Shown: piece by piece, positions 42,711 through 57,244 of the stretch
Numbering within the stretch: the first letter of the stretch is position 1
Layout: each line of letters begins with the position of its first letter
Assembly: GCA_951406725.2 (NCBI GenBank)
Contig: OX597824.1
Span: forward strand, 57,784,001 to 57,848,000
Reading direction: 5' to 3'
From: Octopus vulgaris
Lineage: Eukaryota
Length of the DNA stretch: 64,000 nucleotides
Position numbers and translations under genes: made by a program
The notes under the pieces: generated by a model
What the model was told of the DNA's origin: nothing
What the model saw: the letters and a program-made list of their open reading frames with translations, nothing else
Databases searched by the model: none

Positions 42711-43400
42711 TGAGTACACGACGTTACTAACACTGCAAATAACAGACACATGACAGATAGATAAGGACAGTAATTACAGGGCAAAAACGAGAAAAGGTGG
42801 AAAACCGGACAAGTTAATATAGAAAAAGGACCGTTCAACAGTTTTGGGCTTTCTATCTATTCCTCTTTTCGAGCATTCAAACCACAATATGAGTCTTCAA
42901 AGACAATAGCTCACATAAATTCTAAAATAAAATTTAGGATTTATGGAGAGTCAAAGTTGGAAACAAAAAAATAACAATGAGACATACAAGGAAAGTGAAC
43001 GAAAACAGACATGGAGGGTAGTTAGACCGGAGCGAAAGGAGAATAGTGAACGCTGGGAACGACATTTTATTGAAAAGAAAAGAGATAGAAGAGAGAGAAA
43101 AAAATCCAGTCGTTTAGACAGCCGAGCAAGAAAAGAAAGATGGTCACGTGAGGAAAAGAAGGATGGACAATGGTCACGTGTGAGCAACGCAAGAGAGAGA
43201 GACAGATGGAGAGAGAGAGAGCAAGGAAAAGAAGAGAGAGAGACATAGAAAACGGTGAAAGAGGGAGGTGGAGAAAGGGAATTAGACAACAAAAAATACA
43301 CACACACACACAGGTAATCGTTCCGTAAGTCAGGGATGACATTGAAATAAACATGGGAGAAGCCTTTGAAGACAGAAGACAGTGATAAGGATGAATAACA

Positions 43401-43478
<78 letters not shown>

Positions 43479-44167
43479 TTACTTAGACGCAGCAACTGAA
43501 TTTAGCTCAAATGCTGGGATTTCATTGGTTAAAATTCGAAGAATTCAACTACGTAAAAGTTACAAAATACAATTTTCTCAAAAAAACTAATTGAAATTAA
43601 TGTTTTCTTTTGACACGTTCTACCAGTATAGTTTCAAAATATTTAGTTAAGTATAAATTCTGTCCATCTTTTAGAAAAGATCCAGATGGAGGAATAAGGA
43701 AGCAAAGACATGAGGAAGAAAACAGTACAGTAGAGAGTCGCACAAAAAATGGGTGAAGATAAACTTACTAGAGAATGGATGCGTCTCGTTCAATTAAATA
43801 GATTAATAATATACTATATACATACATACATACATACATGCATACATACATACATACATACATACATACATACATACATACATACATACATACATACATA
43901 CATACATACATACATGAGTACACGACGTCACCAACGATGCAAATAACATACACACTAGCTATAGATACAAGACGTGGATAGTAATTACGGGACAGAAACG
44001 AGTGAACTACGTAAACAGTGAGAAAAAATGGAAAACAGGACAAGGTAACATAGAAGGACTGTTCATCGGCTGTCGGCTGTCTATCTACTCCTCATGTCGA
44101 GCATTCAAACGACAATATGAGTCTTCAAAGACAGTAGCGCCCATAAATTCTAAAATAAAATTTAGGA
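42710..44167. repeat. Two diverged direct copies of an interspersed repeat of about 240 bp (42710-42945 and 43915-44167)
   Basis: Both run tgagtacacgacgt..tgcaaataaca..cgagcattcaaac..caatatgagtcttcaaagaca..cataaattctaaaataaaatttagga. Confidence 0.8.
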
Positions 44168-45374
44168 GAGAGGTACGCACATATCTTTATGAAAGAAATG
44201 ATCTCCAGAAACGCACAGACTTACACACAAGCATACATATCACGTTATATACACACATTCTAAATCGCTTGCCTTCCATTCTCATGAAAGTCGCAACATA
44301 ACTTTACACTAAAAAAAGAAAATATATATTTACATATTTTCAGGTACTGAGTCTAGTAATTTTCAAACATGTCCACTTATATTTGTGCCTGTGTTTGTCC
44401 CCCCCCCCCCCCCACTTCCTCTTGACAACCCTTATTATGTTTACACCTCCGCAACTTAAGTACTGGGATCTATTCATTCGGGTAAAAGTTTTTCAAGGCG
44501 GTGCCACAGCATCTCGCAGTCTAATGACTGAAACAACTAAAAGATGAAAAATAACGTGTGTCTAGGTCTTGCAACTCGCTGTGGGTGGTATGATTGAACC
44601 TCAGGCGATGTGGGAAGACGCAAGGTGTTACGAGCTGCAGCTCGTTGCTTGCAACCCCACCAACATCTTCACGGGCAATAAGTACTTAATGTGCATAAAT
44701 GTAGGGCCATGCATTCTGAACAGTACCACTTCTTCATCTTTAATTCTTTTGGTCATGGTCCAAGTTCTATACATCACAATGTTGGTAGAAGTTCTGATGT
44801 ATGTTTTCGCTATATTTCCTCATACACTAACCCTCACATTCATACATACATACATACATACATACATACATACATACATACATACATACATACATACATA
44901 CATACATACATACATACATGCAAACATACATGTATGTACAGGTTTATGTAGAATGACGAAGAGATGGAGAAAGAATAAGTGAGACCCTTCTCGTTAGTTG
45001 TCACTTCTAATTAGCCAGAGATTTACAGACAGTAAAAAGATTATGAGAGAATGAGGTGGGGACAGAAAATATGTGTATGAGCATCATGTGTGTGTGAATG
45101 TATTTATATTTATATATATGTGTGTATGTGCATACACACACACAGACACACACATATATATAATCCTGGGGCATAGAGCGACCCTGTGCCACTTGGCTCC
45201 TGCTGAGTCACTTTACCTCTCGCTGTATCAGTTATAGAGTCGGAAAACGTAAAAGTCAGGAGATGAGGGAATAGGGACAGAGAGAGGGAACTAGGGAGAG
45301 ATAAAGAAGGTGAATGTATGAGAGAGAGAAAGTGAGAGTGAGGTATAATATTAATGAGAGTGAAACATATTAAT

Positions 45375-45795
45375 CCTTTCTACAATAAGGACAAGATCTG
45401 AATTTTTTACAGGGTGAGTATAGCCGATTATATAGACTGCAGTGCTCAACTGGTACTGCTTTTATCGATCCCAAAAGGATGAAATGCAAAGTGCATCTCG
45501 GCAGAATTTGAAGTCAGAACATTAGGACAGACGAAATGACGCTTAGCTTTTTGCCCGGTGTGCTAATGCCTCTGCCAGGATGCTCCTTATGGGTGGATAT
45601 GATAATTTGTTTTCTAATTTTAACACAAGGCCAGAAATTTGAAGGTAAGGGGCAAATAAATTAAATCGAATGCAGTACTCGTCGTATTTCATCGACTCCG
45701 AACAATGAAACACAAAGTCGACCTCGGTGGTATTTTGAACCTAAGGCGTAAAGATAGACGAAATGCTGTTACGTATTTTGTCCAGTGTGCTATGG
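45375..45795 (-). mobile_element. Two adjacent diverged SINE family B copies
   Basis: aactggtact..tttatcgatcccaaaaggatgaaa..ctcggcagaatttga, and aaagtcgacctcggtgg..gacgaaatgc. Confidence 0.7.
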
Positions 45796-46386
45796 AGTAA
45801 GGAATAATAACTCATAGTTTATTATAGGGTCGGGGGTACTTTTGCCCGTATTTTTAACGCTGTGATGTTAGTTTTAATGCAAAAAACCGTTTTAACTATG
45901 ACTGTCATTTTCTTAACGGTTGTCTATCAAATGTGTATTCGTTTCTAAAACAGAAGGGTGTGATTTGAGGGGAACTAGCTGTTATTACTTGTATATCAAT
46001 TTACTGGCTGTTATTTCTTGTATATCAATTTACTTAATAGATTGTATGAAAGCTAATTGAATGTGTTGACCTCGGGACGACAACCTTGCCCAAGGTAGGA
46101 TGTGAAATCAGCAAGACATGCCGATTTGCTACACTGATCCGAGTTGATTAGACCATCTGCTTCAATGCTATGTCAACTCTATGAACTGATAACACAACAA
46201 CAACAACAAGGAACTTAGGTTTTGGTAGATTCAATGTCTAACGTGTGTATACTTGTATACTTGCCTGCAAGATAACATAAGATAACAAACAAGTTATAAT
46301 AACATACATGGCACGTATTTCCTAATTAAGATGGATATTGCAATTTTCTTAATTATATATGTGTATACACTCACATACATACATAC

Positions 46387-46439
<53 letters not shown>

Positions 46440-46674
46440 TATACATACAGCAATGAACATATGTATTTATATATATTTAAAGATGCACACTAACAAACAT
46501 ATATATATATGTATATAAACATTTCTGTTTATATGTAATGTGTAATTATAAGTACAGACATAGGTACACGTATAGTATATAAATATATGTCGCAAATGCA
46601 TATATACATTATGTATATACATATATATATATATATGCATATATGTATATATCTGTATGTAGTTATGTATGAAC

Positions 46675-46721
<47 letters not shown>

Positions 46722-47099
46722 TCACTGTAAATTCCTACAAGGATGATCCATTGCCTGGTAACATCATTGCAGAGGTAATTACATTGCTTGCCAATACTTC
46801 AGTATATTATATAACTCCATACATTTTCATCAGTACAGTGAATACTTCGTTAAACAGTATATATAATTTTTATTGGCTGTGTAAACATGCAGTGTGTCAT
46901 TGTGAATTAACAAAGAAAAGGAACGTCAAAATGCCAAAAATTCTTCCGTAAAATACGGTCATTTTCGAAAATCTTTCAAGCTGAAATATCAAGAATCGAA
47001 TTGATAATGCTTTAGTCTATCGCAGTAATAGACATTCTATAATAGACATATTCAAATATAATATGGGTTTGTTTTTCACATATATATATATATTTATAT

Positions 47100-47515
47100 C
47101 CTGAACACGGAAACACGTGGTTGGGAAGTAAGCTTCTTACTAGACAGCCACATGATTGCGGGTTCAGTCCCACTGCATGCCACCTTGAGCAAGTGTCATC
47201 TACTATAGCTTCGGGCCGGGCAAAGCCTTGTGAGTGGATTTGGTAGAGGGAAACTGAAAGAGACCCGTCGTATATATATATATACGTATATATGTATATA
47301 TGTATATATGTGTGGGCATATGTTTGTGAGTCTGTGTTTGTCCCCCCAACGTCGATACTGGTGTGTTTATATCCCCGTCACATACCGGTTCGGCAAAAAA
47401 GACAGATAGAATAAGTACTAGGCTTACAAAGAATAAATCCTGGGGTCGATTTATTCGACTAAAGGCGGTGCTCCAGCAAGGCCACAGTCAAATAACAGAA
47501 AGAAGTAAAAGAGTG
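47100..47515 (+). mobile_element. SINE family A with an inverted 5' head segment
   Basis: 47100-47150 is the reverse complement of the head; 47147-47515 is the forward body and tail. Confidence 0.8.
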
Positions 47516-47552
47516 TATATATATATATATATTCATATATACATATATATAA

Positions 47553-47607
<55 letters not shown>

Positions 47608-47632
47608 TATATTCATATATACATATATATAA

Positions 47633-47673
<41 letters not shown>

Positions 47674-47725
47674 GTGTGTGTATGTGTGTATGTGTGTGTA
47701 TACATACGTATAATTAAATATACAT

Positions 47726-47779
<54 letters not shown>

Positions 47780-48070
47780 GTATTAATATATTTATATATA
47801 TATATATATACAGATATATATATATACATATATATATATGTGTGTGTGCGTGTATTTAACCATCTATACATACATATATGTATATATGTATGTATATATA
47901 TATACATATATGTATGCATTTATATATACATACATATATATATTTCACACACATATATATAAATATATATATATATACATATATATAAGATGTGCATATG
48001 TATGTATATATAAATATATGAGTATGTATTCGTATATATATAGCTATATATGAACATATACATATATATA

Positions 48071-48176
<106 letters not shown>

Positions 48177-48341
48177 ATATACATATATATAAGATCTGCA
48201 TATGTATATATGTATAAAGATGTATACTACTCGTGTTTCAAATGGCCAGCCTTGTCACGTTCTGTGTCACTCAGAATCTTCCTGCGCTTTTCATGACGAT
48301 ATATGTACGGTATATGTATATACATATACACACTTATATAC

Positions 48342-48390
<49 letters not shown>

Positions 48391-48450
48391 CATATATACA
48401 TATACATGTATGTGCGTGTGTCTGTATATACACACACACATGTCTATACA

Positions 48451-48497
<47 letters not shown>

Positions 48498-48811
48498 GTA
48501 TACGTATATATGTTCACACTAATGTAAATAGTGATTGCAACTAAATGTCCAATTGTATTCCTTTTTGTTGAATCCAACTTATTCAGTTTTTTATATAAAT
48601 CAACACACACACACACACAGATGTATATATATGCATACATACATACAAACATATATATACATATATACACATATATAGCTATATATATAACTATATACCT
48701 GTCTACCTATTTATTTATATGCTACCATCTATATAACTATGTGTATTTACATATATTCATAAGTATGTATGTATATATATTTATATGTATGTGCATACGT
48801 ATTCATAAATT

Positions 48812-48855
<44 letters not shown>

Positions 48856-48857
<2 letters not shown>

Positions 48858-49250
48858 CGCAGGAGTGCCTGCGTGGTAAGTAGCCTGCTTACCAACCACA
48901 TGGTTCCGGGTGGCATCTTGGGCAAGTGTCTTCTACTATAGCCTCGAGCCGACCAATGCCTTGTGAGTGGATTTGGTAGACGGAAACTGAAAGAAGCCTG
49001 TCGTATATATGTATATATATATGTATGTGTTTGTATGCTTGTATGTCTATGTTTGTCCCTCTAACATTGCTTGACAACCGATGCTGGTGTGTTTACGTCT
49101 CCGTCATTTAGCGGTTCGGCAAAAGAGACCGATAGAATAAGTACTGGGCTTACAAAGAAGAAAACCTGCGGTTGATTTGCTCGACTAAAGGCGGTGCTCC
49201 AGCATGGCCGCAGTCAAATGACTGAAACAAGTACAAGAGAGATAAAAGAT
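48856..49250 (+). mobile_element. SINE family A, near full-length
   Basis: ggcgcaggagtg..; tail aaggcggtgctccagcatggccgcagtcaaatgactgaaacaag. Confidence 0.9.
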
Positions 49251-49499
49251 ATATATATATATAACTATGCATATATACATAAACTATGTATATATATATT
49301 TTATATATAACTATATGTGTATAAACTATGTGTAACTATATATAGTTATATATAAATTTAAAAGAATAAGGGTGAAAAATTAAATATCAATTTGATTAAT
49401 ATCAATTTAAAACCAGTGACCTAGCATATAGAAAAATCTGAAGATTACATATACGTAATTATGTTTGTATATATGTATTTATATATATCTATATATATG

Positions 49500-49544
<45 letters not shown>

Positions 49545-49574
49545 CAATTATATATTATATATTTTTATATAGAT

Positions 49575-49717
49575 GTGTGGTAAGTAGCTTGCTTACCAAC
49601 CACATAGTTCCGGGTTAAGTCGCAATGCGTGGCACCTTGGGCAAGTGTCTTCTACTATATTCTCAGGTCGACCATACCCCTGTGATTGAATTTGGTGGAG
49701 GGAAACTGAAAGAAGGT

Positions 49718-49773
<56 letters not shown>

Positions 49774-49990
49774 ATATGCATGTTTGTTTGTCTGTGTTTG
49801 TTCCCCACCATCGCTTGACAACCGATGTTCGTGTACTCACGACCCGGTAACGTAGCGGTTCAGCAAAAGAGACCGATAGAATAAGTACTAGGTTTACAAA
49901 GAAGATCTAGAGTCGATTTTGTTCGACTAAAGGCGGTGCTCCAGCATCGCCGCACTCAAATGACTGAAAGAAATAAAAGAAAAGAACAAT
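49575..49990 (+). mobile_element. SINE family A
   Basis: Same consensus; a further head fragment lies at 50070-50215. Confidence 0.88.
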
Positions 49991-50213
49991 AGAATACATA
50001 TAAATATTTATATATACAGTTATATATATACAGTTCTATATGCGCGTATGTGTATGTGTGTGTGTTTACCTGTGTGGTAAGAGGCTTGCTTCCGAACCAC
50101 ATGGGTCCAGTCCCACTGCGTGGCACCTTAAGCAAGTATCTACTGCTATAGCCTTGAGCCCACCAAAGCCCTGTCGGTGAATTTGGTTGACGGACACTGA
50201 AAGAAGCCCGTCG

Positions 50214-50246
<33 letters not shown>

Positions 50247-50294
50247 TATTATTATTATTATATATATATATATGTAAGTATGTATCTATGTATG

Positions 50295-50354
<60 letters not shown>

Positions 50355-50369
50355 AACGTATTTATAAAC

Positions 50370-51495
50370 GTGCTGTTGCAGTATCTGGTCCTGTATCCTG
50401 ATGGCAATGTTTGGATTATTGTTGCTATGTAGTGGCGCCCCGTATCGCTGTTTGTGTAACTGACAATGCCAAAGTTTGGTACAAATCTTTCTGGGAATTT
50501 TCAGACGTATATTACTTCATATCTTTTCTGCTTTCTCTCCAGGGACTAGAGTCTTAACTCTTTCAGTCTCTTCCAGTAGCTGACCTGACGCATTGTGTCG
50601 ATCTTCTCTGTGTAGCTTCGCTGGATCGATTCTTTAACTTTACACTGTTTGGTGATCACAGTTAGGTGCAGTAATCAAGAAGCCTAAGGACGAAGGTCCT
50701 TTAGAAGAGCATCATGGCTTTCATTTCTCAAGTTTCGAGGGTTCAAAGGATCCATCCGATGTCAGTCATTAGGATAGTACTCTTGCGGCTAGTGAGTCGA
50801 TTTGATTCTTATTTCTAGCAATGCCGGTACCACTTTGTACCCCACGTTACTTTAGTAACGTCTATAAATTTGCCTTCAGATTGTTAAATTGCTAAGAAGC
50901 CACACATATCATTTATAGGTTTTACTTTTGCCGTTTTGAAATCAGCGTATGAGTTCAAAGGTTTTGTTATAAACTAACAAGAGGAGTTAAGTATAACCCC
51001 AAGCCTGGTAAGAGCCACCGATGAGAATTAAGATGTTCTGCATCAAACTTCAAAATCACCGGTTATCTGGTGTCCGCAAAGAGAGCTTATGTCTTAGTCA
51101 TCATGATACTGCTCTTGTGGCTAGCAAGTCGGTTCGACTCTTATTTCTAGCAATGCTATACCACTTAGTACACTCTGTCACTTGTTCTTAGTCCATTTGT
51201 ATATTTCATCTAACTCACGCTGCAGGTGTATAGCGTCTTCAGGGTACTGTATCACTTGTGAAACCTCGGTATCATCTGCATAACTTGTGATTGTGACTCT
51301 CTGTGTGGCTGAGGGCATGTCTGGGAGGGCCATTATAAATAGTAGTGGTCCCAAAACAGTACCTTGCAGAACACCACTCACTATTTGCGTGTCATTGGGG
51401 GTGATCCATCTGGCTACTACTGCTTGACTTCTATCTTTCAGAAAGTCATGCAGCCATTCTCCCAATTTCCTGACAATGCCGAGATAATATCCCAT
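50370..51495 (-). mobile_element. CR1-group LINE RT relic interrupted by an insert of about 400 bp
   Basis: 51178-51490: [34 protein letters not shown]; 50370-50760: post-RT region similar to 23750-24105. Confidence 0.85.
50780..51170 (+). mobile_element. Insert with terminal direct repeats of about 55 bp and a decayed hammerhead
   Basis: tcttgYggctag..gagtcg/aagtcg..tcttatttctagcaatgc..taccactt at 50781-50835 and 51113-51166; cca-CCGATGA-gaa..gatg(ttctg)catc..ttc-aAAA-tcaccggttaTC-tgg at 51015-51070. Confidence 0.55.
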
Positions 51496-51625
51496 CGACA
51501 CACACACACACACACACATATATTGGTATATTTATATATATACATATTTGTATATATATATATATATATATATGTATATACATATTCATAATAGATAATA
51601 AATAATATATATATATGTATGTATA

Positions 51626-51672
<47 letters not shown>

Positions 51673-51720
51673 TACATACATACATACATATATATATATA
51701 TTTATATATGCATATATATA

Positions 51721-51769
<49 letters not shown>

Positions 51770-51771
<2 letters not shown>

Positions 51772-52047
51772 TGCGGAGATGCAATTGCATAGCAAGTGAC
51801 CTGAACTAATATCGTGTGCTGAAACAAAAACAATTGCAACGTGGTAGGTGTTTATAAACCATTTAAAAACACAAAAAAATTCACTTCAAGATTTAAATTT
51901 AATTTGTAAAAATATTTTCGTCGCTTTGAGACCGCGACCTCACGAAGATATATTGGCAAATTGAATTTAAATGTTGAAAGGAATCTAACGGTTTTTGTGT
52001 GTGTTTTTAAATGGCTTATCTGCAGCTTCCACGGTGAAATTGTATTT
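51770..52047. repeat. Head-to-head pair of the 16220-family repeat
   Basis: 51770-51940 is the reverse complement of 16245-16430; 51943-52047 is a forward partial copy. Confidence 0.8.
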
Positions 52048-52101
52048 ATATATATTTATATATAGTTATACTTATATGTATATTCATCTATCTATTTATA
52101 C

Positions 52102-52174
<73 letters not shown>

Positions 52175-52510
52175 TTATTATGTGTGTATGTATATATATA
52201 TATTTATATATATATATACATATATGAATATATCTATGTCACTGTGTCTATGTTTTTCGTCCTCTCACCCGCTCGACAACCGGTTAGTGTATTAGTGTAT
52301 TATGTCCCCGTAACTTCGGCAAAACAAATAGAAAGAATATGTACTAGGCATCAAAAGAAAAAGTACTAGGGTTGATACATTCGACTATAAATTTCTCAAG
52401 GCGGTGCTTTTGCTTGCCCGCAATCTAATGACTGAAACAAGGAAAATATAAAAGATACAATATTTATATATATATGTTTGTGTGTGTGTGTGTTTGTGTG
52501 TTTGTGTGTG

Positions 52511-52556
<46 letters not shown>

Positions 52557-52608
52557 TATATATAAGTATATACATATAGCTATATACATGTAGATATGTA
52601 CATATAAC

Positions 52609-52670
<62 letters not shown>

Positions 52671-52682
52671 AAGAGAGAAATT

Positions 52683-52752
<70 letters not shown>

Positions 52753-53079
52753 CAGATTAAAGTAAAAAGGACAGTCAGATAAATTGGCAATATTCGTCAA
52801 GGACATTCAATTTAATTTAGACAGAATAATATTAACTTTAGAAGAGGATGAATGTTAACGTACGTTCCTGCACAGGTTAAGTAATGACTTGGTTCCATGT
52901 CGTAAATAACAATAACAATTCATCCTTTCTACAATTCGACATCAACAATTATTATAACTATATTTTTCCTATCCTCCTTAATGAAGCTTCTATTGTTTCC
53001 AGAAAATGAACTAACCTTATTCCTGTAGAAATTGATGTCATACTAGCAGCTAGAAGACTTTGACTACTTTCGATAAGAA

Positions 53080-54110
53080 ATTGTTGTGCAGGGCATCACA
53101 TAATAATTTCTTTGACATAACGATGGTGTCCACTGGTTCAGCATGGGTCACAGATCTTGCAAGGCTTTATCTCCTCTAGCGACTCAGCATGTATTTTCCG
53201 GCTATCCACGGGTGTCTATATAGAGACAACACTCTCCTGGTGGTTATGGGCCTCTTCAAGCCAGCTTTTGAGAAAATTAGAAAGGCCCTACACAAGTTCT
53301 TTAAAATCTACCTAGTGCTCTTGAGAATACTAATAAAATAGCTAATTTCCCAGACGTTGTATTGGATTTAAATTCTTTTTTCATTATTCCTACTATAAGG
53401 CTAACAAATATCTAAAATATACTAATATATATTCTAATCACCATAAATCTATTTTTAATATCGTCATTAAGGGTATATCAATTAGAATTTTGGATCTATC
53501 TGCAAGCGAGGAAATCTTTAACAACCATGCCACTTAATACAACCAAGTACTTTCAGCTTGCTGCTTCTCACAAAAAGTAACTTTCTCGTCTAACACTAGG
53601 CTTACGAACTTATCCCTGCCACACCTTAAATCAACATACCCTAATAGCATGAATGCAACATTTCCCGCAGCGGATTGGGATGTTCAACCTACTATTAAAA
53701 CCTAAAAAACTTAAACAGCAGCGCATTCTGCCACCCCTCACACATCCATTATAATACTCGTGCAGAACGCAACACCATAAATAGAATAGAATCCCCAATA
53801 CCAACTACAAAACAAGATTCTACACCCACCAGATTTCGGATCAATCTGCAAGCGAGGAAATCTTTAACAACCATGCCACTTAATACAACCAAGTTCTTGG
53901 GGAGAACCATACTTTGGTATACTCCATCCATATTCTCTCTAAATTTTAAGGGCTTAACCAGGCTGTTTTTCCATATCATCGATTCCAACTTTCCTCTCTA
54001 CTATCAGTTCCACTCTATCTTTATTCGATCCACCCTCAAATTATCCTACTCATCACCACCTAATATTGAATCTACCATAGCCTCATCTAATAAACACGAG
54101 CTTAATAGTT
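53080..54110 (+). mobile_element. Penelope-like element RT and linker relic
   Basis: FDITM..(V)TDL, GCLYRDN (YRDD-like), NFPDVVLDLN, ILWYTP..FFHIIDSNFP..FHSIF.RSTLKLSYS..PNIESTIASSNK; internal 57-bp duplication 53492-53548 / 53838-53894. Confidence 0.78.
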
Positions 54111-54355
54111 ATTGCCAAAATAATACTCCAACAGAGAATAGAAAATATGACAAATATAATAATAATGATTATAATAATAGGAATAATAAGTACATCTACC
54201 ATAATCGCAGCACTAATATTAACCCTAATAACGGAAACACCAACAGTAACCTTAATACTACCATTAGTGAGAATATTATATGCGGTTCTTTTAATGCTAT
54301 GGCTAACAGCCATCGGAATGTAAGAGAGAATACTATAATAATACAACTAGCCGTA

Positions 54356-54360
<5 letters not shown>

Positions 54361-54387
<27 letters not shown>

Positions 54388-54600
54388 CTTTTCTACTCTA
54401 TGCACTAGGCCTGAAATTTTGGGGGAGGGGGCCAGTCGATTAGATCGATCCCCAGTACGCAACTGGTACTTAATTTATCAACCCCGAAAGGATGAAAGGC
54501 ATAGTCGACCTCGGCGAAATCTGAACTCAGAACGTAGCGACGGGCGAAATACCGCTAAGCATTCTGTCCAGCATGCTAACGATGTTGCCAGCTCGCCGCC
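54361..54600 (-). mobile_element. SINE family B, well-preserved full-length copy with (ATT)n tail
   Basis: Reverse complement ggcggcgagctggca..ttctgagttcagatttcgccgaggtcgactatgcctttcatcctttcggggttgataaattaagtacc (Nin/Deu-domain-like, from memory). Confidence 0.88.
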
Positions 54601-56282
54601 TTAATAATAACAATAATAATAGCAGCAATAGCTCTAGTTCCAATTACAGTAATAAAATTTCGGATACCAACCGACGAAATAGCACTGTGCTTTGTCTTAG
54701 TCTTTCCCAGGTATCTGGAGTATCTATGTTCTCACTTATTAATCCATACATTATAGGTACTAACAACATCGATAATAATGAATACACTGAGAGCGAACGT
54801 GTGGGTACTACACTAAACCCCCAGGGCACTCTCAAATTATACAATATCCAATCCACGTACAGGTAATGCTTTCGTCCCACGTAGGTCTGGTAGCAGTAGT
54901 ATATCTTTCAATAAATACTCTTTGCAAACTCACTTCAGAAGGTTTAACGTGTCTTACAAATACATGGTTCATAACAGACTCCAGAATTCTACTGCGCATT
55001 TTATTGGATTTAGGATTATTTCAAGCAACGATGTTCGGCGCACCTAACTTCGTTCAAGTATGAGGAGCATACCAAATCCAGTTCTCTAGCTGACCATGTG
55101 CATTACCATAAGAGGATAAAGTTACCTTATAGTATAACGTAGTCCATCATAGACTCTGGCTCTCCATACCGGGGCCACCATACCCCCTGTTGGCCATGTC
55201 TAAAGGAATTCTAACACATCTTGTTACATAACCCTACACAGCCTGTAGGTCTGACATTCATTTACCCCCTTATTTATCTGTCTTTACACTCGCCCCCTCA
55301 GCCTTAACCTCTCTGGACAGAAGTACCCTCGTTGTACTGATTAGTATATATCTAATACAAAACTCCTGACTACCTGTCTTTCTTCCTCCAGAGTGTACTC
55401 ACTTCTTTCAGTATTTGTCTAACTTAGGAACTGCTAGCATTCATTTCTCTCTCTCTATAGATTACTATCTAACCATTCGCTATCTGATCATGGATTTAGC
55501 TAATGAATACCCAATTTCACTGGACATGTTTGGATATCTCCTGGATCTTTTCTGTTTGGCTGCCAATTTTCAGTTTCTTCAATTTTTCTTCCAAATAATT
55601 TCATATTTGGTGTTTGTCTGGTAATCATTGACATGAAAATCATTTACACTATAAATCAATAACTAAAGAGTTAATGGCTTTTAAAGTTTGCAAACTTTGG
55701 GTAATTTTAGCCAATCGAAATCCAAAGACATAAATGCCAGTTTTCATGACAAGCCAAGCTCTACCCACGTGGTCATTTTTCGCTTATTAAATGCTTATTA
55801 CACATAAGGTGGTAGTGAGATGTGCTAAACATAATAGCTAAATAGGTCTTCAATCACGCGTCAACATTTTTCTTTTTCTTGTAATCGTATGAATTTCGAT
55901 GGCGGAATACAAATTCGAAAAAATTTTCTGAAAATTCCAGAAATAAAATATGTGGGCTTATATGGCATGTGTACAGCAGAATCCCGCCAATATTTCATTT
56001 GTTTACAGATGACAACACGTGCAACCACGCAGAAAATGACAGCTTCCAAATCCTGCTTAGTGACTGAATAAAAATGATCAAACTTAAAAAACCTCTGTAA
56101 CTTCTAAAAAAATTTGGAAAATTACATCATTGCCCCACATTTTAGAATTTTCACAAAATTTTAAGGTTTCCACAGGTGCAGCGGAATAGAAAATATCCTA
56201 TCTCCTCCCTCTTTGGACTTGAGAAACCACAACAACTATCATTGATGAGGAATTTTTATTCTACTGTTACATATGTTTAAGC

Positions 56283-56390
<108 letters not shown>

Positions 56391-56798
56391 TCTACCTATC
56401 TATCTACCACTCCATACTCAGTATATGGAGTTTTCGCTTGGCACGATGTTCCAGTAGCTAGGATATCCTTGAAACAGCAGTCAGGGACTATCTCTATTTT
56501 TCATTATATAACTTAATTAAATTAAATATCATTGTCAAGTCTTGCTAATGTGTTTGCATCTCCTTTTTACTTTAACCTACACCTACTGACTGAAGGGGAA
56601 ACCACTTCTAGCTGCTTTGGAATTGTAGTCACAAAACCACAAATTCAAATGCCAGCCATTCACACCGGAATTTTAGTGGCACTCAATTTTGAGTATTCAG
56701 AGGACATACCTATTGGTTTGAGTCACCCTGAAGAAAACTCCCTGTGTCTTTTATGCACCTGTATCTATCTTATATATATATATCACTATATGTATGTA

Positions 56799-57237
56799 GG
56801 CGCAGGAGTGGCTGTGTGGTAAGTAGCTTGCTTTCAAACCACATAGTTGCGGGTTCAGTCCCAATGCGCGGCACCTTCGGCAAGTGTCTTCTGTTATAGC
56901 CTCCGGCCGACCAAAGCTCTGTGAATTGATTTGGTAGACGGAAACGGAAAGAACCCGTTGCATGTATATGTGTGTGTTTGTGCGTGTTTATGCGTGTGTG
57001 CGGCTTTTTACCTGTGTAAATATATATATGTATATATATGTATGTGAGTGTATATGTTTGTGTGTCTGTGTTTGTCCCCCAAATCACGCTGGAGCTTGAC
57101 AACCGATGCTGGCGCCATTACATCCCCGTAACTACGCGGTTCGGCAAAACAGAGAGATAGAATAAGTAAGAGATATAGAATAAGTACTGAATGGTCACAG
57201 TCAAATGACTGAACCAAGCAGAAGAAAATAAGAGAAT
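56799..57237 (+). mobile_element. SINE family A
   Basis: Intact head ggcgcaggagtggctgtgtggtaagtagc; tail cagtcaaatgactgaa. Confidence 0.88.
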
Positions 57238-57244
57238 ACATATA

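Noticed and set aside
42855-42910. TTGAAGA..GAAA motif (minus strand) in the duplicated 240-bp repeat
   Set aside because: Stems II and III do not pair convincingly in either copy
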